Assembly: GCA_965215885.1 (NCBI GenBank)
Contig: CBDCEW010000083.1
Span: forward strand, 1 to 64,000
Direction of reading: 5' to 3'
Origin: Candidatus Moanibacter sp.
GTDB lineage: Bacteria > Verrucomicrobiota > Verrucomicrobiia > Opitutales > UBA2987
Length of the DNA stretch: 64,000 bases
In this document: one piece after another, positions 10,322 through 20,737 of the stretch
How the letters are laid out: every line of letters begins with the position of its first letter
Numbering within the stretch: the stretch's first letter is position 1
Made by a program: the position numbers and the translations under genes
The notes under the pieces: model-generated
Databases searched by the model: none
What the model saw: only the letters and a program-made list of their open reading frames with translations
Told to the model about the DNA's origin: nothing

Positions 10322-10371
10322 CCCGTATATTGCAGGGTATCGACAGTATCTGTTTAGTGTCTTTGAGGCTG

Positions 10372-10558
10372 CCCCGGTCTTGTGCCGGGGTGGCGCACGG
10401 TATTCAGCTACAGGTCCCGACTGGGACAGCAACCCCCCACCCTGGCCTTCTCCCCCTGCCGCAACGTGCGGCAGGGGGAGAAGGCCAGGGTGGGGTCGGT
10501 AGTGGGCCGCATTTTCCAGCACGGAACCAGCACCACCCCGGCGCGAGGCCGGGGGAGC
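10372..10558. repeat. Nested palindromic (REPIN-like) element
   Basis: Outer arms CCCCGGTCTTGTGCCGGGG / CCCCGGCGCGAGGCCGGGG; inner 29-bp perfect stem CCCCACCCTGGCCTTCTCCCCCTGCCGCA. Confidence 0.8.
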
Positions 10559-10711
10559 CAGCAGCGGAAAGGACTCTAAAACTTACCTGCGCTCACGACA
10601 TCTTGCGAAATGCTGACTATTTCTTTGCCCTAACCCAGTTATTTTCCAAAGATCAAGGGTTAAGGAGCGAATCTGCTCCAACAAGGGCAAACGCAAGAAA
10701 AGACCAGGCTA

Positions 10712-11614
10712 ATGAAAAGAATCTCAATCGGAACATGGGCCTACTCGATCGGCCCTTACGAAGATAAACCGGTGCCCTGGGCTGAGGTTCTCTCGGAATT
10801 ACAGCGCATGCAGTTCGATGGCGTAGAACTCGGTGGATTCTCAATTCACCCGAATCCGGATAATATGCCGGAGAAGGAACAGCGTCAGGAATGCAAGAAA
10901 CAACTGGCAGATCATGGACTTGCCTGGTCCGGGCTGGCGGCAAATTTATGGGACCAGCAATTAATCAACACTTCGGACACCGGCCCCTACGTCGAATGTT
11001 TTCGCAAGAATCTGGAGTTCTGCGTAGATCTCGAAATTCCGGCGCTGCGTGTAGACACAGTACAGCCGCCAACAATTTTTTCCGAGATTGATGAGGATAC
11101 CGCGCGGGAGCGCGTGGTTTCGACGTGGAACCGATGCACGCGCGAAGCCGCCGATAGTGGCGTCTACGTCACATGGGAATTTGAGCCGGGCTTCGCCTTC
11201 AACAAGCCTACCGATGTCATTCGCATCTGCGAAGAGGTCGACGACGACAACTTCGGAGTGCAATTCGACACCTGCCACGCATATATGGTCGCGACGGTTG
11301 GTGCGCGCCAGCCGGGCGAAGTTGAGACACTGCCGGGTGGCGCCCTGGAACTCGCACAGAAATTGCGCGGAAAGATCAACCACATTCATCTTATCGATTC
11401 GGACGGAACGCTACACCACGATGAGACAAGCACTCACGCGCCCATCGGCGAGGGTTTGATCGATTTCGACGCGATGCTGCCGGCTCTGAATGATCAACCC
11501 GGCGTCAAACACGACTGGTGGACGATCGATCTTTGCTTCTGGTCTGATGCCTGGGAGGTGACCGAACGGTGTAAGAAAGCAGTCGACGAATTGAACGCTA
11601 AGCACGGGGGCTAA
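10712..11614 (+). CDS. Sugar phosphate isomerase/epimerase (TIM barrel)
   Basis: [35 protein letters not shown]. Confidence 0.88.
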   Translation: MKRISIGTWAYSIGPYEDKPVPWAEVLSELQRMQFDGVELGGFSIHPNPDNMPEKEQRQECKKQLADHGLAWSGLAANLWDQQLINTSDTGPYVECFRKNLEFCVDLEIPALRVDTVQPPTIFSEIDEDTARERVVSTWNRCTREAADSGVYVTWEFEPGFAFNKPTDVIRICEEVDDDNFGVQFDTCHAYMVATVGARQPGEVETLPGGALELAQKLRGKINHIHLIDSDGTLHHDETSTHAPIGEGLIDFDAMLPALNDQPGVKHDWWTIDLCFWSDAWEVTERCKKAVDELNAKHGG

Positions 11615-11649
11615 CGGCCTTTGTTGTTCGTTCACAGGCTGCTAGAAAC

Positions 11650-12789
11650 ATGACAAAAAGAAGCTTGAACGTCGGATTGATCGGATACGGTTTTATGGGC
11701 CGGGCTCACTCGAACGCATATTGCAAGGTGAATCACTTCTTCGATTTGGAGACTCGCCCTGTTCTCAAAGCGGCCTGCGCGCGCAAACCCGATCAACTGG
11801 CGTCATTTGCCGCGCGCTGGGGTTGGGAATCCACCGAAAGCGATTGGCGCGCACTGGTCGAGCGCGACGACATCGATGTGATCGACATCTGCTCGCCCAA
11901 CAATACGCACCACGACATTGTTCTGGCAGCTGCGGAGGCAGGAAAGATGATCCTCTGTGAAAAGCCCCTGGCAATGAATGCCGAAGAGGGCGCCGAGATG
12001 GTAGCTGCCGTGAAAAAAGCCGGGGTACCGAACATGGTATGGTTCAACTACCGGCGCGTGCCGGCCGTCGCCTTTGCCAGGCAACTGGTCGAAGAAGAAC
12101 GCATCGGCCGTTCCTTCCACTATCGCGCAAAATATCTCCAGGACTGGACCATCGATCCGGACCTACCCCAGGGCGGCGCCACGCTCTGGCGCTTGGACGC
12201 CGAAGTCGCCGGTTCGGGGGTGACCGGTGACCTTCTGGCACATTCCATCGATACAGCGACCTGGTTGAACGGACCCATTGAATCAGTCAGCGCTACGACC
12301 GAGACCTTCATCAAAGAACGGGCGCTGCAAGATGAACCGGAGACCACCAAACCCGTGACCATCGATGACGCTTGCCTTTTTCTCGCGCGTTTCGCCAATG
12401 GTTCGCTGGCCACTTTCGAATCGACACGCTACGCCCGCGGCCGAAAGAATCAGAACAGCTTCGAATTGAACGGCGATAGAGGCTCGCTCTTCTTCGACCT
12501 CGAAGATGCGCACCAGCTGAAATACTACGACCACGCCGGCGACGGCCACGTCAACGGTTGGCGCACAATTCTCGTCACCGACTCCGACCATCCCTACATG
12601 GACAAATGGTGGGTACCCGGCTGCGTGCTCGGCTACGAACACACCTTCATAAACGCCCTTGCCGACTTTCTCACCGGTCTCCAAACCGGCGTCCCGGCTC
12701 AACCCGACATCGCCTCCGCTCAAGCCACCCAGCAAGTCTGCGACACCGTTCTCAAATCCGCTAAAACCGGCGCCTGGGAAAGGGTTTGA
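11650..12789 (+). CDS. Gfo/Idh/MocA family oxidoreductase
   Basis: [30 protein letters not shown]. Confidence 0.93.
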   Translation: MTKRSLNVGLIGYGFMGRAHSNAYCKVNHFFDLETRPVLKAACARKPDQLASFAARWGWESTESDWRALVERDDIDVIDICSPNNTHHDIVLAAAEAGKMILCEKPLAMNAEEGAEMVAAVKKAGVPNMVWFNYRRVPAVAFARQLVEEERIGRSFHYRAKYLQDWTIDPDLPQGGATLWRLDAEVAGSGVTGDLLAHSIDTATWLNGPIESVSATTETFIKERALQDEPETTKPVTIDDACLFLARFANGSLATFESTRYARGRKNQNSFELNGDRGSLFFDLEDAHQLKYYDHAGDGHVNGWRTILVTDSDHPYMDKWWVPGCVLGYEHTFINALADFLTGLQTGVPAQPDIASAQATQQVCDTVLKSAKTGAWERV

Positions 12790-15198
12790 GTTTGGGTCTT
12801 ATCCAGTCACTTTGATAACTTCAGAACTCGCTATCATGCGGGTTGGCGGGCAGGGGGCAATCGCAGATACAATTCCCGGCTTTTAAGAGCTAAAGAAAAC
12901 GGTAGGCTTCATCTTCGAACCATCAAATTCGAAGAAAAATGGAGAAACCTACCGTCAAAGAAGAGACCTTCTTACAGTGCATCCTTGGAGTGGACAAGGG
13001 TAATCCCTCGATCACGGTCTATCGGGATCTGAGGGAAGGCAAACTGCACGTCTATTACGGGCATGAGCTTTTTGAAGTCGTAGAGGACGATCGGGAGCAA
13101 GTTGAATTCAAGCTATTGGAGGGGCGCCTCTACAATGCGGGGTTGAAGAAAGGGCGCTTAGAGAAGCAATTTGAGGTTGACCCCAAAACGATGAAGCGGT
13201 GGGGGGAGGCGCTTCAAAGCGGAGATGCCGAGACCTTAGCGCGAGTGCTGGCGGGACGCAGCGCTCATCGCAAATTGACGAGGGAAATCCGGAGTTTTGT
13301 GCGGGTGCGCTTCGGGCAGATCTATGGGGAGAGTCGGTATGGCTACAGCAAGAAGATACGGGGGGAGATCGAGGAGGTGTTCGGAGTTAACCTCAGTGGG
13401 GAAACTTTGCGCCCTGTCTTTAAGGAGCTTAAAGAGGCCCGGGCAAAGGAGGCCGAAGCCGAGAGGGCGCAAAATCGGGAGACTCCCTGGGATTGCCCGG
13501 AGGACTCGGGGAGGGACGAACAGGAGCAAGAAGCAGAAAATAGCCCCGAAAGCGAAGGGGACAATCGCAAGGGGTCTCCCGATTTTTCGAGGGAGAGCTC
13601 CGAAGCGGTGCAATGGTATCGGCACCTGGGAGTACTTCTGTTCAGTGCCGCGCTCAGAGAAGTCGCTCAGATTGATCGCGAAGAGGGCTGGCTTTTGAAA
13701 CAATGGGTGGCTTGCGGGTTGTTGGCCGCGGTCAATATCGAGCAGAGCAAACTGCTCGATCTCGAAGACCTGCAAAAACTCATCGGGCGAGTCCTGTATA
13801 CCCCCTATCTGCAACGCCAAAGCCTTAGCGCCCTGGCCGATGAAGGGCTTTTAAGAGAGATCCTCAGAGTGAACGCGAGGGGCCTGAATGCTTCGGATGA
13901 AGAGAGCTTTTATTATGATCCGCACACCAAACATTACACCGGAATGAGCAAGGTGCTGGCGGGATGGTGTCCGGGTATCCGTCTGGCCGACAAAGCGCTC
14001 CACAGCGATTTTATTCATACCCTCAAGGGCTATCCGATCTATTTTGCGAGCACTGACAACTATGAGGATATAAGGGAACGGTTTATCCCCAACTGCGAAG
14101 CGATGCTCGAGCTGGTGCAGTTGCCGGCTGATAAGAAGGTGAGCATTTACGTGGACCGGGCGATCGCCGCGGAGTGGTTTTACGAAGCCATCGTGGAGCA
14201 CCCTCAACTCGAAATCATTACCTGGGAAAAAGGTTACAAGGCCAGCGCCCAGCCCCTCCAACGGATCGACGGGCAGTTGCGCCTGCAGCGCGCGCGCAAC
14301 CATGCCGAAGATCTCCAGGAGTATCATCTTCGCTATCAGCGGGGCCCCTGGAAGAAAAATCCTCAACTGGTGCAGTGGATCGTGGAGGCGACCAATCCAA
14401 AAAATCGAACCATTACCGTGAGCATCCTGGCGACCGATCAGCAGGCCCGAAATGAAGAGGTAATCAAAGGGATGTTCAGTCGCTGGATTCAGGAGAATGA
14501 CTTCAAATACCTCGATAAGCACTTTGGGATTAATCAGATCACCTCTTATCGCACCGTCCACTACAAGCGATTAGCCCAACACCTTGAGGACAAGCAGGAG
14601 AAAAGCGGTGCCGCCAAAGCCCTCCTGAAGCAAAAACAGCAATGCACCGAAGAATTGAAAAGACTGCTCCTGGCCGAGCATGCCCACCCGGGCAAAAGCG
14701 CCTCAAGGGGCGAAAAGATCCGTCGACTCGATCAGGCCCTCAAAGCCCTCCAACTCGAACTGGAGCAAATCGACACCGAATGCTCGAGGCTGCAGCGCCT
14801 CATTGATGAAAACTATGTCCGCCTGGACACCGCTAACAAGTCCCTCATGGATGCCTTGAAAATCTTCGCCCGTAACAGCTTCTACAAGCAGCTCGAACCC
14901 TTTAAAGCTCGCTACAACAACTATCGTGACGACCACGATCTGTTTCGCAATTTGACTCACAGTGACGGCGTTCTTATAGAGAGGGGCTGTGCGGTCGAAG
15001 CGCATTTATTCCCCACCGCAACTTATCCCCCTCGGGTGCAGGCGGTGGTGCTTGAGTATCTGCAAACTCTCAATCAGAAGCCCTTACTGATGCCCGACGG
15101 TTCAGGCCGAAGAATCATCTTCCGACTGGGCAAAAAATCGGGATTTAAACTTGCGATTGCATAGTGCCTTTAGAGGGGCAATATAGTGAGGTCTGAAC
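12790..15198 (+). mobile_element. Putative insertion sequence with a long transposase; ends approximate
   Basis: Begins right after the stop codon at 12789; imperfect terminal IR GTTTGGGTCTTAT versus GTGAGGTCTGAAC; no TSD seen. Confidence 0.55.
12939..15164 (+). CDS. Putative DDE transposase (741 aa, unclassified family)
   Basis: N-terminal HTH-like region; YYDPH, YVDRA and RWIQENDFK resemble IS4-superfamily D, D, E segments; C-terminal coiled coil. Confidence 0.75.
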   Translation: MEKPTVKEETFLQCILGVDKGNPSITVYRDLREGKLHVYYGHELFEVVEDDREQVEFKLLEGRLYNAGLKKGRLEKQFEVDPKTMKRWGEALQSGDAETLARVLAGRSAHRKLTREIRSFVRVRFGQIYGESRYGYSKKIRGEIEEVFGVNLSGETLRPVFKELKEARAKEAEAERAQNRETPWDCPEDSGRDEQEQEAENSPESEGDNRKGSPDFSRESSEAVQWYRHLGVLLFSAALREVAQIDREEGWLLKQWVACGLLAAVNIEQSKLLDLEDLQKLIGRVLYTPYLQRQSLSALADEGLLREILRVNARGLNASDEESFYYDPHTKHYTGMSKVLAGWCPGIRLADKALHSDFIHTLKGYPIYFASTDNYEDIRERFIPNCEAMLELVQLPADKKVSIYVDRAIAAEWFYEAIVEHPQLEIITWEKGYKASAQPLQRIDGQLRLQRARNHAEDLQEYHLRYQRGPWKKNPQLVQWIVEATNPKNRTITVSILATDQQARNEEVIKGMFSRWIQENDFKYLDKHFGINQITSYRTVHYKRLAQHLEDKQEKSGAAKALLKQKQQCTEELKRLLLAEHAHPGKSASRGEKIRRLDQALKALQLELEQIDTECSRLQRLIDENYVRLDTANKSLMDALKIFARNSFYKQLEPFKARYNNYRDDHDLFRNLTHSDGVLIERGCAVEAHLFPTATYPPRVQAVVLEYLQTLNQKPLLMPDGSGRRIIFRLGKKSGFKLAIA

Positions 15199-15248
15199 CT
15201 CTGTAAATGACTTTGTAGCGAGTATTTAAATCACAGCGAATTCAGCGA

Positions 15249-15562
15249 CACAGAGCATCACAGAGAAGCACCGAGCATCACGGAGGATGTTACTTAAAAA
15301 GGGATCGAATTGGTAGGAGTCGATTTCGCCTGCTCTGACGTTCGGCAGAGTGGGAAACGGTAAGAGAAGCATTTACGAGAGCATTTTCTTTCAATTCGAT
15401 CTCAGATAACGCTCTCGTAAATGCTTCTCTAACCGTTACAATCGCGCTCCGCGCGAGGCGAAGTCGACTCCTACCTCGATCTATTGTACGTTCATTTTCC
15501 TGCTTTCCTGCTTTCCTTATTCAATCTCAGTGTGCCTCAGTGGTTCTCTGTGCCGCTCTGTG
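15249..15562. repeat. Triple-nested inverted repeat containing a GTAG-type REP pair
   Basis: Arms 15249-15285/15526-15562, 15312-15331/15456-15475 and 15356-15382/15411-15437. Confidence 0.8.
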
Positions 15563-15628
15563 ACCCCTCTTTTGAAGTCGGACCATTAATATGTTGTATC
15601 GAAAAGTACCCCAAAGGAGTATTAATCA

Positions 15629-16471
15629 ATGAAAACCGGAATGAACCTGCTGCTCTGGACCCCAGTGGTCACGGAAGAGCATCTTGGGCTGATCGAAGAC
15701 ATCAAGGATTGGGGTTTCGAAGGAGTGGAGTTTCCCATGTTCGATCCCGACGCCTCCCCATGGGCGAAGCTGGCGGAGAATTTAGATGGGTTGGGTTTGG
15801 GCCGCACAGCATGCACCATCATGCCAGAAGGCGCTAACCTGATCGGTGAAAGCGTCGAGGAGCGTGAAGCCGGCGTGAGGCACTTGAAGCGCTGTATCGA
15901 CAGCCTGGCGACGTTGGGCGGGGAGATTCTCCTTGGCCCATTGCACAGCCCTTGCGGGCGCCTCGTAGGTCGCGGCTCCAACGACGACGAATGGAAATGG
16001 TGCGTTGAGGGTCTGCGAGCCGCCGGTGAACACGCTCAAGGCTCCGGAATTATCCTGGCCCTCGAAGGTCTAAACCGTTTCGAGACCTATATGATCAATT
16101 GCCAGGCTGATCTGTCGCGCATGACCGATGAAATCGGTTTGGACAACGTAGGGCAAATGTATGACACCTTCCATGCCAACATCGAAGAGAAGGATATCGC
16201 GGAAGCCATTCGCACCGGCGGATCGCGCATCCGAACCGTGCACATCTCCGCTAACGACCGCGCCACGCCTGGTGAGGATCACATCGACTGGTCGACGACT
16301 TTCGCGACACTCAAGGAAATCGGTTACGACGGATGGCTGACGATCGAATCGTTTGGCAAAGCTCTGCCCGAAGTGGCCGCGGCAACTTGCATCTGGCGTT
16401 CAATGGCGCCGAGCGAGGAGCATGTCTCCCGCGAAGGATTGAAGATGATTCAATCGTTGTGGAATGATTGA
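15629..16471 (+). CDS. D-psicose/D-tagatose 3-epimerase-like TIM-barrel protein
   Basis: LEGLNRFETY, YDTFHANIEE, VHISANDR, LTIESF; AAGGAG SD. Confidence 0.88.
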   Translation: MKTGMNLLLWTPVVTEEHLGLIEDIKDWGFEGVEFPMFDPDASPWAKLAENLDGLGLGRTACTIMPEGANLIGESVEEREAGVRHLKRCIDSLATLGGEILLGPLHSPCGRLVGRGSNDDEWKWCVEGLRAAGEHAQGSGIILALEGLNRFETYMINCQADLSRMTDEIGLDNVGQMYDTFHANIEEKDIAEAIRTGGSRIRTVHISANDRATPGEDHIDWSTTFATLKEIGYDGWLTIESFGKALPEVAAATCIWRSMAPSEEHVSREGLKMIQSLWND

Positions 16472-16659
16472 CCGTGGTGCCGCCTCGCCGGATTCTGATG
16501 AAAAGTTGAAGCGAGGTCAGAGGTGCTGAACGGAAAACGGTCCAGCTACTAAAATTTCGCATGTCGATGATAGGGGTAGCCGGACCCCGGCAAGCCGGGG
16601 TTCGGTCTCGTGCGAAGGCTTCGTAGAGGAACGCGGGGGCGTTTCTAAGTATCGGCAGC

Positions 16660-17421
16660 TCAAGAATCCCACAGATTCCTCGGCATAAAAAATTCTCGTT
16701 CTTTGGCGTCCGCATAACCATCCATCGAAACTGCTACGACACCGGGACTGTTGAGTGCCGCTTGCACGATTTCGCGGTTGAATGAATGCACGTACTCGGA
16801 CTCGAGATACTCCCTAACCGGCATCCAGAGGCATTCCTCAATCTCCTGAACTTGAATCGTAATGTCGCGGTTCCGTGGTTTCAGTCGACAGACGAAGTAA
16901 ATATCGGACTTCGAATAACGATACCCGTGCCAGTGACGAAAGCAGACAATCGCGTCGAAGATCGTGTCGATACCAGTCTCTTCGCGAACTTCTCGAATGA
17001 CACAATCGGCCAGGTGCTCCTGCGGATGAAGCGCGCCTCCCGGCAGCTTGTATGAGGGTTTCTTACTGCGCCGGTGACGCTCACACACAACGAGTATCTC
17101 GTTGCTGTCCGTCAGAACGACGCCGCCGGCTCCAATGTAGTGGGTCGCGAAACCTGGAATGAAAGCATCCTCCGCCAGGCGAAGAGTCATCATCAGGTAC
17201 TTTTCGCCGGTGTGATGAAAGTCAAAACCGGCATCTACGCCCACTGGGACTAACTCGGATCGGTTTATCGGCACTTCCAGCCACACGAGAAGGATACCGT
17301 CTGCCCTCCACTGCTTGAGAGAATGATCCAACCGCCGCCGAAATACATCCGGATCAGCCGGCAGTCGATCCCGTTCGATTACGACTCCGTTGAACGGATT
17401 CACTGAGTGCTCGAGCAGCAT
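16660..17421 (-). CDS. NUDIX hydrolase with pre-NUDIX domain (NUDT6-like)
   Basis: Nudix box KLPGG...CVIREVREETG; GFDFHH, THYIGAGG, SDIYFVCRL; start may be 17475. Confidence 0.88.
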   Translation of the reverse strand: MLLEHSVNPFNGVVIERDRLPADPDVFRRRLDHSLKQWRADGILLVWLEVPINRSELVPVGVDAGFDFHHTGEKYLMMTLRLAEDAFIPGFATHYIGAGGVVLTDSNEILVVCERHRRSKKPSYKLPGGALHPQEHLADCVIREVREETGIDTIFDAIVCFRHWHGYRYSKSDIYFVCRLKPRNRDITIQVQEIEECLWMPVREYLESEYVHSFNREIVQAALNSPGVVAVSMDGYADAKEREFFMPRNLWDS

Positions 17422-17517
17422 GCTGTGGCAACTATCCCGAAATAATCCGCGGAGAGCTGGTCGAGCGTTGGACATTTCTCCCCGTCACCGTGTCTCGCTC
17501 CCTCTTTCCTTTCAACG

Positions 17518-18477
17518 CTACCCCCGGTACTCCACCGCCTCGATCTCATTCACCAGCCGAACGGATTTGATGACATCGCGAATGTCCGTAATCGGAAAGC
17601 CGCCATTGTGGATACAGTCGACGAGGTCTCGGTGCATGCGAAGCTCACCGCCATAGGCCAATTTATCCTCCGGGTCATCTCCATCAATCTCCCAAGCCGG
17701 AATCGTCCGCGTCTCGTCGTTCTCCGCGATCACTATCTTATCCGGCAATTGGAGGTAGCACCCCACCCCGACACCGTGCACATCGGCTTCGAGAACCCGC
17801 GCACCCGACGCGCGATTGGCGACAATCACGCCCGTCGCGTCATTGTCGAACCGCACCAGGGCGACGTAGCTGTTGTAGTGGTCGGAACCGAATTTGTCCC
17901 GGTAAGCCGTAACCGCAGCCAGTTCGCCTCCAGACATGTAGCGCACCAGGTCAACGATGTGACACGCATCGTTCCAAAGCGTGCTGGTGCTCTCAAACGC
18001 CTTGTCGCCGAGCAGGCGCTTGTTAAAAGTCGCGCAAATCTGGGAAACCGCTCCGCTTGCGTTGACAACTCGCATCGCTTCGCGCGTCACTGCCGCATAC
18101 CTCCGCTGGTGCCCCACAAGGCAACACACCTCGTTCGCCACCGCGGCGTCGTGGATCTGCTGCGCTTCAGTGAGGGTTTTCCCCACCGGCTTCTCGATCA
18201 GCAGATGCGCACCGGCATTCAGGCAATCCAATGCCGGCTGCAGCAGCCACTTCTCGTTCATCACGCAGTAGACGACATCCGGCTCCACCTCCCGAAACAT
18301 CTGCATATGGTCCGTGTAGCTACGGGGAATCCCGTATTCATCCACCACAACCTGCATGAATGCTTCGTTCAACTCGCACACCGCCGCCACCTCGATGTCC
18401 TCCTTGAGCCGATGGACAATCGGGTAATGCGTCCTACGGCTGCGGCTCCCGGCTCCGATAAATGCTGCTTTTAACAT
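17518..18477 (-). CDS. Gfo/Idh/MocA family oxidoreductase
   Basis: AFIGAG, LIEKP, VGHQRRY, DACHIVD. Confidence 0.88.
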   Translation of the reverse strand: MLKAAFIGAGSRSRRTHYPIVHRLKEDIEVAAVCELNEAFMQVVVDEYGIPRSYTDHMQMFREVEPDVVYCVMNEKWLLQPALDCLNAGAHLLIEKPVGKTLTEAQQIHDAAVANEVCCLVGHQRRYAAVTREAMRVVNASGAVSQICATFNKRLLGDKAFESTSTLWNDACHIVDLVRYMSGGELAAVTAYRDKFGSDHYNSYVALVRFDNDATGVIVANRASGARVLEADVHGVGVGCYLQLPDKIVIAENDETRTIPAWEIDGDDPEDKLAYGGELRMHRDLVDCIHNGGFPITDIRDVIKSVRLVNEIEAVEYRG

Positions 18478-19037
18478 AATTTCGAAATCTGAATGTTCCT
18501 CGATTGCCCAGCGTTAACGTACTGGGAAGATCTGAGAAAGAACACTAACGACGGCCGTGAACTTCGTGCAACTCAATTTCGGAGGCAACTGAGCATATGG
18601 CTCAAAGATTCTGTGAAATAGTCCGGTCACCTGACTATTGCCATTTCGAGACCAGCGTAGCTGAGCGTGGCAATCAAGAGAAGGGTAGGTGGGGCCTTCC
18701 CTATTCCTGGATCGCCGCGCCTCCCTTCGGTCGGCTCGCGATGACAGCGCCTCTTGTGTAGCTCTGCGCGAGTGACATCCGTATTGAGTTCCCCTCCTGG
18801 GAGGGGCAGGGGTGGGTTTTTCTCAAGTCTGTTTCTGCCTCCAATAGGGGCTATATTACCGCCCTCGATCGCTGTCTGCCGTGGACATAGTCGAAGGACA
18901 TGCACTTAAACATCAAATCAGACCAACCGGGTGCGATATCAAAACAGGCATATAGATGCTGATTCAAATCTTATTGAATCTCCGTCAAACCTCATATTCT
19001 CTGCGCACTAAACTGCAAAATAGCTTAAGGCACAAAA

Positions 19038-19832
19038 ATGAGTCTGAAATTCGAATACACTGTTTTCACAAAGCCCTGGCGGGATAAATCTCTCGGCGAC
19101 TTGGGCAGATTCGTAAAAGACCTCGGCTTCAGTGGGGTTGAATTGCCCGTCCGACCCGGTTTTCAAGTAGAGCCGGAGAACGTCGATCGCGACCTGCCTG
19201 AAGCGGCCAGGATACTGCGCGAGGAAGGCGTTAAGATCGGCACTCTCGCTGGACCGACCGATGAGAAGACGATCGCGGCCTGCGAAGCAGCCGGGGTCCC
19301 AATCATCCGAATCTGTGTAAAACTCGACGCCCAACTTGGATACTTGAAGGAGGAAGCGCGTGTGCAAGAGCTGTTCGACGCTGCTCTACCGACGCTCGAC
19401 CGGCACAGGGTCGCGATTGGAGTACAGAATCACTGCGATTTTCAGGTGAACAATGCCATGGGTATTCTCCATATGATCGAAAAATATGATCCGAAGCATA
19501 TCTGTGCTGTTCTCGACCAGGCGCACTGCGGATTGAACGGTGAGCCGCCCGAATACGCCATCGACATCGTCTGGAAATATCTGCGGGTAATGAATCTCAA
19601 GAGCGCCTACTGGTTGCGAACCAACGGAACCGAGGCAGAATCCGCAACCTGGAAGAACTACTGGACAACCGGAAGGCACGGACTGGCCTACTGGCCACGA
19701 GTGGCAGCGGAATTGAAGAAGCGTAATTTCTCGGGGGATCTCTGTCTGACCGCGGAATACTCAGACCAGGACTCCGTCGACCGGCTCATCGCAGAAGACA
19801 TCGCCTTCGCGCGCTCACTCTTCGACGAGTAG
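19038..19832 (+). CDS. Sugar phosphate isomerase/epimerase (TIM barrel)
   Basis: VFTKPW, GFSGVELPVRPG, VQNH, LDQAH, TAEY. Confidence 0.85.
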   Translation: MSLKFEYTVFTKPWRDKSLGDLGRFVKDLGFSGVELPVRPGFQVEPENVDRDLPEAARILREEGVKIGTLAGPTDEKTIAACEAAGVPIIRICVKLDAQLGYLKEEARVQELFDAALPTLDRHRVAIGVQNHCDFQVNNAMGILHMIEKYDPKHICAVLDQAHCGLNGEPPEYAIDIVWKYLRVMNLKSAYWLRTNGTEAESATWKNYWTTGRHGLAYWPRVAAELKKRNFSGDLCLTAEYSDQDSVDRLIAEDIAFARSLFDE

Positions 19833-19837
19833 AAATC

Positions 19838-19939
19838 ATGAAACTGTCCCTATCGATACGGGTGGCCGAAGCATTCGGGAATAAGCGAGTCCTGACAGTC
19901 CCGGTTGCGGAACTCGCCGCCATCGCAACCCAAGCATGA
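19838..19939 (+). pseudogene. 5' fragment of a further TIM-barrel isomerase gene
   Basis: MKLSLSIRVAEAFGNK..., 33 aa, operon-like spacing after 19832, ends just before the ISL3 remnant. Confidence 0.45.
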
Positions 19940-20014
19940 AGATGAACTGAGCACTCCGCGGGAAAAGCGTGGAGGACGAAATCACAATTAATCCTGACTG
20001 TGTGTAAGTAGGCG

Positions 20015-20580
20015 ATGGTGCGTTGGGGGCTCAAACGGCGCGATATGAGCGGGATTGAGGCGATCGGAGTCGATGAGGTGCAGTATCATCGAGGCCATCA
20101 CTATCTCACCGTGGTCTACCAGCTTGACGAGGGGCGGCGGCGGCTATTGGGCGTATTCAATAAGCGCAACGTAAAATCGCTCTTGCGTTTTTTCTGGGAA
20201 TTGGGAGCGCAAAAGAGCAGCCAGATCCTCTACGTCTGCTCGGATCTGTGGAAGCCTTACCTCAAAGTGATCAAGAAAAAGGCACCCCAGGCGCTGCACA
20301 TCCTCGATCGCTTCCACTTGGTAGCCAACCTGAACAAGGCCCTCAATGAGATTCGTGCTGCGGAAGCCAGGCGATTGCAACGGGACGGCTAATCAACGTG
20401 CTGGTCAAAAGCAAATACTGTTTCTTCAAAAATCCGCAAAATCTCACCCCCACCCAACAGATCCGCCTCAAGGAGGTGCTCCAATACGATCTGAAGAGCG
20501 TGCGGGCCTATCTACTAAAGGAGAGCTTTCAGCTCTTGTGGCATTATAAAAGTCCCTACTGGGCCCAATGGTATCAATGG
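20015..20580 (+). pseudogene. ISL3-family transposase fragment (stop and frameshift)
   Basis: IGVDE, CSDLWKPY, LDRFHLV, VRAYLLKESF; split at ~20392 and truncated at both ends. Confidence 0.88.
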
Positions 20581-20611
20581 TGCAGACCCGAATTGCACCA
20601 AAATAGGACAA

Positions 20612-20725
20612 AAATCGCTCGCAAGCGAGCTTCCTACAAATTGCGTAAGTTTTGTAGGAAGGCCGCTTGCGGCCGAATCGGGAACGTCGGTGATCAACGT
20701 AACGATTCCCTGAGCTAATGCCATC
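20612..20725. repeat. Partial copy of the MITE at 54923-55097
   Basis: Shares GCGAGCTTCCTAC...GAAGGCCGCTTGCGGCCGAATCGGGAAC...GTAACGATTCC. Confidence 0.75.
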
Positions 20726-20737
20726 CGGCATAGACTC

